Shown in pieces: positions 9,792 through 19,375 of a stretch of 64,000 nt of DNA. Position 1 is the stretch's first letter. Each line of letters begins with the position of its first letter. Below the pieces are notes generated by a model that worked only from the letters and a program-made list of their open reading frames with translations, searched no databases and had not been told where the DNA came from. This stretch comes from an uncultured Planctomycetia bacterium. GTDB lineage: Bacteria > Omnitrophota > Gorgyraeia > Duberdicusellales > 4484-171. The translations under genes were made by a program, and so were the position numbers. Location: NCBI GenBank assembly GCA_964629655.1, contig CAZVQU010000001.1, forward strand, positions 356,056-420,055. The letters are read 5' to 3'.

Positions 9792-10750
9792 ATTCCTAAT
9801 TTTTCAAATATTTTCAAAGTCTCAATGGCTTTTTCTTTGTCCTTGACCTCTTTGTCCTTGCTTCGGGATAGCAAACAACTTAATTCATTTTCCATATAGT
9901 TTCTTTTAAAGTCTAAGGGAAGTTTTCGCGGCTTTAAAACTTTGACTTTTGGAAATCTAGAATCCCCGGCTTCATAATAATTGTAATCATATTCATTAAA
10001 GGGAAGACTTTTAATATCTATCCTTCCTTTGCTGCCTAAAATATCTATCTCAAAAATAGCATATCCGCCGGAGAGAAAGCTGCTTTGCTTATTCAACTCA
10101 AAACAATACGCGTTAAAGTTTTCAAAACTTAAAGAAAAGTCACCGTGAAAATCACCATTTGCGCCGGGTTCAATTTTAATCGGTTTAACCTTTTTAGGGG
10201 TGCCAAAATAAAAGAGAAAAAGATTCACTAAATGTGAACCGGCGTTAATGACTCCTCCGGAAAAATATGCCGTACATTTTTGGACATCTCCTACCAGTTC
10301 AGACAAGTGCTCTTTCACATAAAGGTAAAAACCGTCAAACCTTCGCTGATAATTAGTAATAAAGTGAATCTTATGTTGAGAAAAAAGTTCTAATTGCTTA
10401 TTAGCATTTCCCAGATTATCGCTAAAAGGTTTCTCTACCCAAGCCAACTTAACAGAGTTATAACTGGAAATTTTTCTTATAATATCTAAATTATACTTTA
10501 CGCCGGCGCATAGGCTCACGATATCCGGATGAAAATTCTCCATGGCCTCATCAACGGTATCAAAAGCATCCTTCACAGACCAAAAATCAACTGCTTGCTT
10601 TAATGCTTGTTTATTGGTATCACATATCGCAATACTTTTAATTTTTTTACTCTTTTTATACGCCCCAAGATGTGTATTAACCCACTCCTTTTCCTTAACC
10701 TGATCGAAGCTGCTACCGACTCTTCCTGCTCCAATAATAAGTGCTTTCAT
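9770..10750 (-). CDS. Gfo/Idh/MocA-family NAD(P)-dependent oxidoreductase
   Basis: N-terminal Rossmann MKALIIGAGRVGSS. Length and layout typical of sugar oxidoreductases. Confidence 0.55.
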   Translation of the reverse strand: MKALIIGAGRVGSSFDQVKEKEWVNTHLGAYKKSKKIKSIAICDTNKQALKQAVDFWSVKDAFDTVDEAMENFHPDIVSLCAGVKYNLDIIRKISSYNSVKLAWVEKPFSDNLGNANKQLELFSQHKIHFITNYQRRFDGFYLYVKEHLSELVGDVQKCTAYFSGGVINAGSHLVNLFLFYFGTPKKVKPIKIEPGANGDFHGDFSLSFENFNAYCFELNKQSSFLSGGYAIFEIDILGSKGRIDIKSLPFNEYDYNYYEAGDSRFPKVKVLKPRKLPLDFKRNYMENELSCLLSRSKDKEVKDKEKAIETLKIFEKLGIWKERKK

Positions 10751-10763
10751 GCTACAACTCCCC

Positions 10764-11522
10764 TTAATACCTAATTGGTTTCTGGGTTATGTTTTGATTA
10801 ATCACTGGGATATCTGGATTTTCCTTTATCAATTGCATAATATCCCAACTGCAGAAATTATTTCTTTTAGGGTAAAGTGAATCAAAAATTTTTTTTATCA
10901 ATTCAAAATCTTGCTCCGTATCAAGCGTCCATCTATGCTCGGGAAAATTGAGCCATGAGGGAGCTTTCACTGAACCCAACTTGTACCTACCCTCCTCCTC
11001 GTAAAAATATAATGAAACATGCTCACGCACAGCCGGATCACTAATATTCTCCGCTGTCCATTTTAAATCGCTGAATCTAAAAACCTTACAGTCAAGGCCA
11101 CGGGGAAAAGTCATAGGTATGCAATTAGAAACAAAATCATATTCATCTGATAAGAATTTTTCTATTGTCCTATCCACCCAATAAACATCAATTAAGGGGC
11201 AATCTCCAGTAAGCTCAACAATAATGTCAGAACCAGCTTTTTGGTGGCATCTAACAACTCTATCCAGAATATCATCTTCACTGCCTTGAAAACAACCCAC
11301 CCCTTCTTTTGATGCCAATTCACAGATCGCCTTATCTTTAATGCTTGTCGTTGTAGCAATAATAATCTCCCGAATAAAAGATGATTTCTTCAATCGCCGG
11401 ACCATATGGGCCAAAACAGGTATGTCACATACAGATAACAGTACCTTTCCCGGCAAACGGGAAGAAGACATCCTAGCTTCAATTGAAGCAACAATTTTTT
11501 CTTTCATTATATAACACTCCAT
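10764..11522 (-). CDS. CMP-nonulosonic acid synthetase-like cytidylyltransferase (NeuA/PseF/SpsF family)
   Basis: ARMSSSRLPGKVL...IIIATT cytidylyltransferase motifs. 252 aa. Sits next to a NeuB-like synthase. Confidence 0.65.
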   Translation of the reverse strand: MECYIMKEKIVASIEARMSSSRLPGKVLLSVCDIPVLAHMVRRLKKSSFIREIIIATTTSIKDKAICELASKEGVGCFQGSEDDILDRVVRCHQKAGSDIIVELTGDCPLIDVYWVDRTIEKFLSDEYDFVSNCIPMTFPRGLDCKVFRFSDLKWTAENISDPAVREHVSLYFYEEEGRYKLGSVKAPSWLNFPEHRWTLDTEQDFELIKKIFDSLYPKRNNFCSWDIMQLIKENPDIPVINQNITQKPIRY

Positions 11523-12313
11523 CCACCATCAACCATAAGATTATGTCCGGTGACATAAGAAGACGCATTAGAAAGTAGAAATAATAATGGCCCAGTTAAC
11601 TCTTCTTTTTGTGACATCCTTTTCATCGGTGAACGCGCGCTAAAGTTATCATTAAACTGTTTTTGATGATTATTGTATACGCCATGAGGGGTAATTGCGT
11701 TAACTCGAATATTATGCTTAGACCAATACACAGCAAGCTGTTTGGTAAGCATCACCACTCCACCTTTACTCGTCGAATAGGCTACCGGGCATCCTAGATT
11801 AGTTCCGGCATATATCTCGGGGTCAGGGCTTACGACACCATAAGTTGAAGCGAAATTTACGATATTTCCTTTCCTTCTTTTTATCATTTCTTTTCCAAAT
11901 ATTTGTGAACAAAGATAAACCCCTTTGACATTAACCCTCATTATATTATCCCAATCTCGATCTGAATATTTTTCAAAAGATTCAAAAAAATTAGCGGTTT
12001 TATTCTGCGCAGCGTTCACTAAAGCGTCTATTCTTTTATACTTTTTTATAATTTCCTTTTTTGCTCTATAAACTTCCTCCCTGTTTGATATATCAATACC
12101 CAGGCCTAAAGAGTCGCTTCCGAATTTTTTTTTGAGTGTCCGGGAAAATTCTTCACACTTTTTATGATTCACATCAATGATAACAAGCTTTGCCCCCAGC
12201 TCGGCAAGAGCTTCACATAGGGCCTTACCAATCAAACCCGTAGCCCCAGTATAAACAATGACCATATTACGAATATCAAAAAGGTTTTCGTATTTTCTTT
12301 TAAGTTTTTTCAT
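11507..12313 (-). CDS. Short-chain dehydrogenase/reductase (SDR)
   Basis: TGATGLIGKA Rossmann motif and classical SDR YxxxK context. 268 aa. Confidence 0.65.
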   Translation of the reverse strand: MKKLKRKYENLFDIRNMVIVYTGATGLIGKALCEALAELGAKLVIIDVNHKKCEEFSRTLKKKFGSDSLGLGIDISNREEVYRAKKEIIKKYKRIDALVNAAQNKTANFFESFEKYSDRDWDNIMRVNVKGVYLCSQIFGKEMIKRRKGNIVNFASTYGVVSPDPEIYAGTNLGCPVAYSTSKGGVVMLTKQLAVYWSKHNIRVNAITPHGVYNNHQKQFNDNFSARSPMKRMSQKEELTGPLLFLLSNASSYVTGHNLMVDGGWSVI

Positions 12314-12327
12314 ATATATCCCTCCGA

Positions 12328-13284
12328 TTAACTGTTACCTTTAGCATCAAGCGCCATCCTCAATGTCTTAATACCGTCATCAATCGGACATATTGTTTTC
12401 TTTCCTTTTCTTACACACTCAATGAAATGCAGCAACTCACAACAATATGTTTTTTCCATAACATTTTTTCCCACATTTAACAACACCGACCACTTCTTAT
12501 CTCTTTTATTATAAAATTTGAGTCCTCCTCTATAAAAATCGTAAAAAAGGGTACCTTTTTCTCCTACTATCTCAATGTATCTCTTGGAAGGCTCCTGAAC
12601 ATAGCTTAAATTGACCTCAGCCAATATTCCGCTTAGAAATTCGATATGAATAAGGGCCATATCTTCTGCACTAATGCCAAGATATTTTCCTTTGCTTATT
12701 GTAGAATTAATCTTCTTATATTTACCAAATAACCATAAAAGCGTATCCAGTTCATGGCTTGATGTTAAAACAACACCTCCTCCTAAGTCGCTACGTGAAG
12801 CATAGCTTTTTCTGTAATCTTCCCAAGGATGCCATGCCGGCAGATAAGAGGTAAATTGAAACCTGGCAAAATAAATATCTCCTAAAAAACCGGTAAGAAT
12901 AAGGTTCTTTATTCTACATATTACGGGATGAAAACGAAGATTATAAGCGATAAAGGCCGTTAGTTTTCTTTTTTTGATAACTGCCTGCAATTTCTTAATA
13001 TTTGTTAAGGAACAAGAAAGAGGTTTTTCTATAAAAACATGGCATCCCCGGCGGGCCGCTTCCAGCGCTGTGGGAATATGCAAACTCGTCGGATTACATA
13101 TTAATGCAGCATCAGGCTGTTCCCGGTAGGCCTTCACTGGATTTTGAAAGCACCTCACGGGAATATTGAAAGGTTTGGCCCCCTTTCTCGTACGGAGCGC
13201 GATTATATCTTTATATCCTAAATTGAGAAGATTCCTGGCATGCCTCTGTCCGATTGAACCCAAACCTATAATTAAAAATTTCAT
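12328..13284 (-). CDS. Gfo/Idh/MocA-family oxidoreductase
   Basis: MKFLIIGLGSIGQRH Rossmann motif and C-terminal Gfo/Idh/MocA alpha/beta domain. 318 aa. Confidence 0.55.
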   Translation of the reverse strand: MKFLIIGLGSIGQRHARNLLNLGYKDIIALRTRKGAKPFNIPVRCFQNPVKAYREQPDAALICNPTSLHIPTALEAARRGCHVFIEKPLSCSLTNIKKLQAVIKKRKLTAFIAYNLRFHPVICRIKNLILTGFLGDIYFARFQFTSYLPAWHPWEDYRKSYASRSDLGGGVVLTSSHELDTLLWLFGKYKKINSTISKGKYLGISAEDMALIHIEFLSGILAEVNLSYVQEPSKRYIEIVGEKGTLFYDFYRGGLKFYNKRDKKWSVLLNVGKNVMEKTYCCELLHFIECVRKGKKTICPIDDGIKTLRMALDAKGNS

Positions 13285-13994
13285 TATGCTCTGCTTGTTA
13301 ATAGCACGGTTTCCATTTTTCTCGCATAATAAGACAATTCTCTTAAATCTTTTGGATCCATGCTCCCAGCATGATCCGGGCCATGCATTTTTTTATCTAG
13401 TGTAAAATGCTTCTCTATAATACGCGCTCCGTTGCCTACGGCAACAAGCGCCGCTTCTACTCCAACCGTATGATCGCTAAAACCGGAATATTTTTTAAAA
13501 TCTACACGTCCAAAATCCAAATCTTGAGGCAATGTAGGATATTTAGAAACACAATAAAGAAAATCAACCTTCCCTCTTGTCTGAATATTAGGAAAACTTT
13601 CTTCTCGGTACATTCCCAATGACACAATGATATCCTTTCCAGTTTTCGCTATAGCGTCTACTAAACCCTTTTCATAGATACTGCGGCTTGCAATTTTATA
13701 TCTCTTTACGCCTACATCTTCGGCCCATTTGATTCTACCAGTATCAAAGACTGATACGAAAAACTCAATCCCAGCTTCATCACAGATCTGTTTGAGTAAT
13801 TTCAACTGCGCTCTGTTAATCTGAGACCATTTAGCCTCTTTGTACCACTGAAAATCTTTTGGAAAGATTGAGTCCACATCATAAAGCTGAAACTTTGCGA
13901 TATCGGCTCCATTCTCTTTTGCCGCATGGATAAGCTCCTTGGCTGTGTTCATATCCCCGTTATGGTTTTGTCCGATTTCTGCAATTATCAGCAT
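13284..13994 (-). CDS. Nonulosonic acid synthase (NeuB/PseI/LegI/SpsE family) lacking the C-terminal SAF domain
   Basis: MLIIAEIGQNHNGDMNTAKELIHAAKENGADIAKFQ is the canonical NeuB N-terminus. Only 236 aa, so the TIM barrel is present but no SAF/antifreeze-like domain. Confidence 0.7.
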   Translation of the reverse strand: MLIIAEIGQNHNGDMNTAKELIHAAKENGADIAKFQLYDVDSIFPKDFQWYKEAKWSQINRAQLKLLKQICDEAGIEFFVSVFDTGRIKWAEDVGVKRYKIASRSIYEKGLVDAIAKTGKDIIVSLGMYREESFPNIQTRGKVDFLYCVSKYPTLPQDLDFGRVDFKKYSGFSDHTVGVEAALVAVGNGARIIEKHFTLDKKMHGPDHAGSMDPKDLRELSYYARKMETVLLTSRA

Positions 13995-14692
13995 TTTTCT
14001 ATCACACTCTTTGTGTTTTTGTGGCCGTTGATTTGTCTTATAATATGTTTTGAATTATGCTTTACCTGCAATTTTTCCTTATAATATTTAATATTTTTTC
14101 TTTTCTTTGTAATATTACTCTTATGCATATGGTAACGATAAAGCGGCAATGTAATATTGTATATGTTGAACTTATCAAGATACCGCTTGCGTAAATCAAG
14201 GTCCTCAAGCGTTTTAAACTCTTCATCATATAAGCCGATTTTAATAAGACTATCTTTTCTAAACATAATCCCGCAGGCAATTGGTTTTTTTAAAGCACTC
14301 ACTCTTTCTATATGCTCTTCGTCCTCATCAACAAGAAAATAGTCACATGACACGGCATGAAAATGCGTATTTTCTCCCAAAAGAAACTGCTCAATGAAGA
14401 GACAATTCGTATGAAGATAATCGTCAGCGTCTAGATTAAGAATGTATTGCCCCATGGCGTTTTTGATACCTTCATTGCGTGCAGCCGGAAGACCACAATT
14501 ATTTTTTAATGTGATTGATCTTATTCTGTTCCCAAAAGATTTGATTACTGTGGGTGTATTATCGGTTGAACCATCATTAACAACAATAATTTCATATCTA
14601 TCTTTTGGAAAATACTGGTCCAAGGCACTTCGGATAGCTCTTGATAGATATCTTTCGCAATTATAAGTTGGTATTATTACTGAAACTTCCAT
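13988..14692 (-). CDS. Family 2 glycosyltransferase
   Basis: VSVIIPTYNCERYL...NDGSTDNT...DADD GT2 motifs. 234 aa. Confidence 0.7.
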   Translation of the reverse strand: MEVSVIIPTYNCERYLSRAIRSALDQYFPKDRYEIIVVNDGSTDNTPTVIKSFGNRIRSITLKNNCGLPAARNEGIKNAMGQYILNLDADDYLHTNCLFIEQFLLGENTHFHAVSCDYFLVDEDEEHIERVSALKKPIACGIMFRKDSLIKIGLYDEEFKTLEDLDLRKRYLDKFNIYNITLPLYRYHMHKSNITKKRKNIKYYKEKLQVKHNSKHIIRQINGHKNTKSVIEKC

Positions 14693-14751
14693 TTTTTTCT
14701 CCTTGCCGCTACTTAATAATAAAATATACTGAAAGTGTTTATAAAATCAGC

Positions 14752-15414
14752 TTACTTCTTTACTATAAAACAAGGGGTCGCAGAATAAGGAAACTTATTT
14801 ATCGTTATAGATTTATCTTTAAAGAATTCATCAACCGCTTTCGTCTCCCCTTCAAAAACTCCATAATTATCAAGCATAAGGATACCATTTTTCACTAATC
14901 TTGGATAAAGATATTCCAAAACAGTAACTGACGGCTTGTAAAAATCGCAATCTAAATTAAGAAGAGAAATCTTTAACTCCGTATGGGAAGCTATATAATC
15001 CGGCACTATTTCGGTGATATCCCCTTCTATTAGCTCACAACATTTATCAACACCTTTATGCTTTAGAATATCCATCAGCTGTTGCCTGGATATACTTTCT
15101 TCTCCTGCTGAAGCAACAAGTTTCTGCCGATGCTCTGAATCTTTTGAAAGTTCAGTTTCAGGAAATTTACCAAATACATCAAAACCGATGATTTTTTTAG
15201 AACAATGCGTGCTGAATAAATTACGAAACATCGCCAGCCTTGCGAAGGACGCCCCTTTAAAAACTCCGCACTCTACTATCTCACCGGCAAGGTCAACAGC
15301 CATTTTATACAATTCATACTGGGCGATTATTTTGCCTATCCTTGACGTTTCGCACGATAAATAAAAATTATTCTCATATTCATAGGCTCTTTTGAAATCC
15401 GGCAGCTCAATCAT
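14752..15414 (-). CDS. TylF/MycF-family SAM-dependent O-methyltransferase
   Basis: ECGVFKGASF...FDVFG motif set typical of macrocin-O-MT-like sugar O-methyltransferases. 220 aa. Confidence 0.6.
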   Translation of the reverse strand: MIELPDFKRAYEYENNFYLSCETSRIGKIIAQYELYKMAVDLAGEIVECGVFKGASFARLAMFRNLFSTHCSKKIIGFDVFGKFPETELSKDSEHRQKLVASAGEESISRQQLMDILKHKGVDKCCELIEGDITEIVPDYIASHTELKISLLNLDCDFYKPSVTVLEYLYPRLVKNGILMLDNYGVFEGETKAVDEFFKDKSITINKFPYSATPCFIVKK

Positions 15415-15473
15415 ACATAACCTCCCTTAAAACTTAGCTTATTAACAACAAATAAAAACTTTCATCGTCTAAT

Positions 15474-17246
15474 TCATTCAGCTACTCCTAGCAATTGAAG
15501 CTTTACCATCTGAGCAAAACGGCCATCCATCTTAATCAAGTCTGAATATGTTCCTTCCTCTACTACCTTACCGTCCTTGAATACGTATACGTAATCAGCA
15601 TTTACAATTGTAGAGAGACGGTGAGCTATAATAATAATTGTTGTTTGTTTAGCAATATTTTCTATAGCCTGCTGAATCAATCGTTCAGAATGAGTATCTA
15701 AGGAACTGGTAGCCTCGTCTAAAATAAGAAGTTCCGGCTTCCTAAGAATGGCTCTAGCTAATGCTACTCTCTGACGCTGGCCGCCTGATAAGCGTACACC
15801 CCGGTCACCTACTAAGGTATCGTATCCTTTAGGAAATTTTTCTATAAATTCATTGGCATTTGCCTGTATGCACGCCTGCTTAATTTCTTCCATAGTTACA
15901 TCTTTCTTTGACCAAAGCAAATTATCCAAAATGCTCATATTAAAGAGTGCACTATCTTGAGGCACATAACCAATCCTGCGGCGATACGACTCAATATTAA
16001 ATTCCTCCAAACTAATACCATCAAATGCAATGCGGCCAGTGGAAGATTCATTAAAACCCATAATCATATCAATAAATGTAGTCTTACCGGCTCCTGAAGA
16101 GCCCACAATGGCAATCATTTTCCCCTTTGGAATTACAATGTTAACATCCTTTAAGGCTGGGCTGTTCCCCGGATAAGCAAATGAAGCATTTTCAATACTA
16201 ATCTCTTTATTAAATCCGATAAATTTTTTATTACCTGAAATCTGCTTAAATTGCCGAGCTTGGCTGCTAAGATGCTTTATCTGTTCATAACTGGGGAAAA
16301 AATTATCTAAAGAGTTCTTTCGCGCGGCTAAGTCACCAATAGAAATAACAACCTGCAATAGTGCCAATAACAATACGGCTATTTCCGAAAGAGCCACTCC
16401 GAAGTGCCTCGCTGCCACTAAAGCGACTGCCAATACTATTACGCCAAAAGGACGGTATAATATAGGTATTGTAAGGCTTATGGTCTGAGATTTAACTGCT
16501 GCCTTACAATGGCCATCATAGGCCTTCGCAAGATTTTCAACACTTTTATTCTGATTACCAAAGCCCAAAATCTCTTTTGCCAACATAAAACTTTCCTGTA
16601 TTACCGTGCTTACTTGATTACTCGTAGAGGTATTTAACTGGCCCAATCGATAACTAATTCTTCCTAACAATAAGATAGGCCAGGTCAGTAAAAAGGCGGC
16701 AACAAGGCTTATGCAAGTAACCTGCCACGAAATATAAAAAGGTATTATTAAACAAAAAATTAGCCGCAAAGCACTGGCAAAAAAAATAGCTACAGCGCCA
16801 AAGGCATTCCCCACAATGTTAAGCTCACGAGTAAATGTATTCAGAAGCGTTCCCTGCTTACGACTGCTGAAAAAGTACCATCGTGCATTAAAAAAATCCT
16901 TAAACGTATCTACTATAATACTGCGGCATAGTATATATTTAGTCTTTAGAATTGAATGCCTGGCGAAAATACGAAAGCAGCTACTGAAAACAATAAACAG
17001 AACAAAAAAAGACAAGTATGTCTTGAGTGTTACCGGAAAACCTATACGGCTTATAGCCGCTACCATACGCTGAGTAAGCGGGCTCACATTTTGAAAATTA
17101 GGATGAACAAGGAAATCGACTAAGGGCCCAATAGTAAAAAGAGAAAGAGCCTCAATGAGGCTAACTAACGCCTGCAAAACTATATTGCTGATAAACAACA
17201 AAGGAAATTGCTTAAATATACCACGGATAAAATGTATAATTTTCAT
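15474..17246 (-). CDS. ABC exporter, fused permease/ATPase (MsbA/PglK/Wzk-like)
   Basis: Six-TM N-terminal domain plus Walker A GSSGAGKTT, ABC signature LSGGQRQR and Walker B ILDEATS. 590 aa. Confidence 0.8.
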   Translation of the reverse strand: MKIIHFIRGIFKQFPLLFISNIVLQALVSLIEALSLFTIGPLVDFLVHPNFQNVSPLTQRMVAAISRIGFPVTLKTYLSFFVLFIVFSSCFRIFARHSILKTKYILCRSIIVDTFKDFFNARWYFFSSRKQGTLLNTFTRELNIVGNAFGAVAIFFASALRLIFCLIIPFYISWQVTCISLVAAFLLTWPILLLGRISYRLGQLNTSTSNQVSTVIQESFMLAKEILGFGNQNKSVENLAKAYDGHCKAAVKSQTISLTIPILYRPFGVIVLAVALVAARHFGVALSEIAVLLLALLQVVISIGDLAARKNSLDNFFPSYEQIKHLSSQARQFKQISGNKKFIGFNKEISIENASFAYPGNSPALKDVNIVIPKGKMIAIVGSSGAGKTTFIDMIMGFNESSTGRIAFDGISLEEFNIESYRRRIGYVPQDSALFNMSILDNLLWSKKDVTMEEIKQACIQANANEFIEKFPKGYDTLVGDRGVRLSGGQRQRVALARAILRKPELLILDEATSSLDTHSERLIQQAIENIAKQTTIIIIAHRLSTIVNADYVYVFKDGKVVEEGTYSDLIKMDGRFAQMVKLQLLGVAE

Positions 17247-17276
17247 TTTAGCATCCCGCCTTTTCCTAATACACCA

Positions 17277-18368
17277 TCAATTGTTGCGCGCTGGAAGCAA
17301 AGTTTTTAAACAAATCTTCGCTAAATATTTAGGGTTAAATAAAATACTTGGCGACATAGCGCACTCAAATGTACAATAACAGCCATTTTTAACCCTCTTC
17401 CGTACAGTCTCGGCTTTAGCCGATGTCCAAAGTTTGGGTAAATCATAACCAAAATCTCGAATATTACCGAGACAGCAATCTCCAAGCACCTCACAAGGGA
17501 ACACTTTACCATCATCATATAGTATGCCCATTAATGAGCCTGCTTGACAAGGCAAAGTCCCATGACCGTGTTCTAAGACTTCCTTGACGCTTTTGTAAAC
17601 ATAGTAATCTTTTGAAGAAATAAATTTACTCATAAAAAAATTGAAATATTTAAGTTTTTTACTATTTACCACGCTCATCCTTAATTCAGTTAATTGCTTA
17701 TATTTGTTTAATGAAACTTCTTTTACCGTAGGATCTTTAGGATTACCGCGCACAAAAGCTATATTCACATTATCGGTTAGTCCTGATCCTATAAATTCAC
17801 TAAAGGTATCCTGCAAATAATCTTGATTGGTTTTGTTACAAGTCATGGAAATTGAAAGCCCCAAATTCTTAAATTGCTTACGTAATGGCTGTAACATTTC
17901 TAAGGTTTGAAGCGCTTTTGCGTAAGAACCTTTTCCTCTAATTTTATCATTAATTTCTTGAGGCCCGTCAATTGAAAGATAAATAAATAGATTAGTATCC
18001 GGAAAATCTGACAACATTTTGGGTATAAGCGCGTACATTCTTTCTTTGTAAAATCCATTAGTTGATATTGTGATAATATGCGCTCTTGTATTCTTAGCAA
18101 ATAGACTATATATCTCGCCGATATCCTCACGAATAAAAGGTTCTCCGCCAGTTAAAGATAAAGCAAGTAGACGCGGCAGAGATTTAGTAATTTTTTCTAT
18201 TTCATCAAGTGTCAACTCGTAATTATGTTCTGAATCCAGTTCTTTCCAGTAAAAACAGTGGCTACATCTCAGATTGCACCGGGAAGTTACAAAAAAGGTT
18301 AACTGAATTGGCGGGCCGTCTTTTCTAAATATCCGGCTCGCACAAGAAACCTTATCTCGCAGATTCAT
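17277..18368 (-). CDS. Radical SAM enzyme with C-terminal SPASM-like auxiliary cluster domain
   Basis: CNLRCSHCFY CxxxCxxC motif. C-terminal Cys cluster (PCQAG...PCEVLGDCCLGN...CYCTFEC). 363 aa. Confidence 0.7.
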   Translation of the reverse strand: MNLRDKVSCASRIFRKDGPPIQLTFFVTSRCNLRCSHCFYWKELDSEHNYELTLDEIEKITKSLPRLLALSLTGGEPFIREDIGEIYSLFAKNTRAHIITISTNGFYKERMYALIPKMLSDFPDTNLFIYLSIDGPQEINDKIRGKGSYAKALQTLEMLQPLRKQFKNLGLSISMTCNKTNQDYLQDTFSEFIGSGLTDNVNIAFVRGNPKDPTVKEVSLNKYKQLTELRMSVVNSKKLKYFNFFMSKFISSKDYYVYKSVKEVLEHGHGTLPCQAGSLMGILYDDGKVFPCEVLGDCCLGNIRDFGYDLPKLWTSAKAETVRKRVKNGCYCTFECAMSPSILFNPKYLAKICLKTLLPARNN

Positions 18369-19374
18369 ATAATTTACTCTCCATTCTAAAATTAAGATCC
18401 TTTCGCCCTAGGAAAAAAAACCGAATAATAGCCATTCCTATACCGGCTGCGGCAACGCTACTTTCCAATATGCACATGAAAAAAGTAAAAAAAGAAAACT
18501 TTAAGCCGAATCTTTTATAACAATATCTTAAAAAACCAGCCGTTGTGCACAAAAAACCCGCCAAAACAATAGCTGCAAGAAACAAAAAAACCGGGTTAAA
18601 AGTAAAGAACGCAGATAAAAACAAAAAGATAATTATTGGGGATAAAAATATACCTACTATTTGAGGCTTCCCCGCCCAAGCTTCTTTACCCTGTAATGGA
18701 CGGTTTTTTTTCATTTTCAAAAGCAATAAAGCGCTGGCAACCGAATTTTGAAAATGGTGTTTTATTAGCTCCAAAAAAGTAAATTTCTTGTAATGCACTC
18801 CTTTTACCTGCTTGTTCCGAATAATTTTCTTCTTTTTCCTTTCTAATCTTAAACCAATCTCTTTATCTTCTCCAACCAAAGAAGTTGAATTAAACCCCCC
18901 GACTTCTTCGAAAACCCGCCGTTTAATAGAAAAAATTGCTGTACAAACACTATATACACTTTGATCCAAAATCATTTGATTAAAATTCCAGTAAAGATTC
19001 TTGTAATCGCTAAAGAAATTGCTCCGTGGAAAATCAAGAGCATACATTCCCTGTACTGCGTCAACATTAGAATCTTCAAAAATTTGTCTTATTTTGCCAT
19101 AAGCATCTTTAGCCACCACAACATCAGAATCAACAAATAAAATAACATCCCCTTTAGTATGACTTACTCCTAAATTTCTTGCCCCGGCAGGACCAATATT
19201 ATTCTTACTCACTACAAGCTTTGTGTCTTGATCTTCAAGGCAAATTGCAGGATGAGAAAAATCATCAACAACTACAATTTCATAGTCACCATATGCACTT
19301 TCGCGTATCGCCCGAACACACTTATTCAGTAAATCATTTTGTCCATAGGCCGGAATTACTATAGAAATAAGCAT
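18352..19374 (-). CDS. Family 2 glycosyltransferase with C-terminal membrane anchor
   Basis: ISIVIPAYGQ...VVDDFS...DSD GT2 motifs. Hydrophobic C-terminal about 100 aa. 340 aa. Confidence 0.65.
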   Translation of the reverse strand: MLISIVIPAYGQNDLLNKCVRAIRESAYGDYEIVVVDDFSHPAICLEDQDTKLVVSKNNIGPAGARNLGVSHTKGDVILFVDSDVVVAKDAYGKIRQIFEDSNVDAVQGMYALDFPRSNFFSDYKNLYWNFNQMILDQSVYSVCTAIFSIKRRVFEEVGGFNSTSLVGEDKEIGLRLERKKKKIIRNKQVKGVHYKKFTFLELIKHHFQNSVASALLLLKMKKNRPLQGKEAWAGKPQIVGIFLSPIIIFLFLSAFFTFNPVFLFLAAIVLAGFLCTTAGFLRYCYKRFGLKFSFFTFFMCILESSVAAAGIGMAIIRFFFLGRKDLNFRMESKLYESAR

Positions 19375-19375
19375 A

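Noticed and set aside
14062-14280. Nested 72-aa minus-strand ORF inside the GT2 gene
   Set aside because: It lies in an alternative frame of a gene with clear GT2 motifs. No independent signals.
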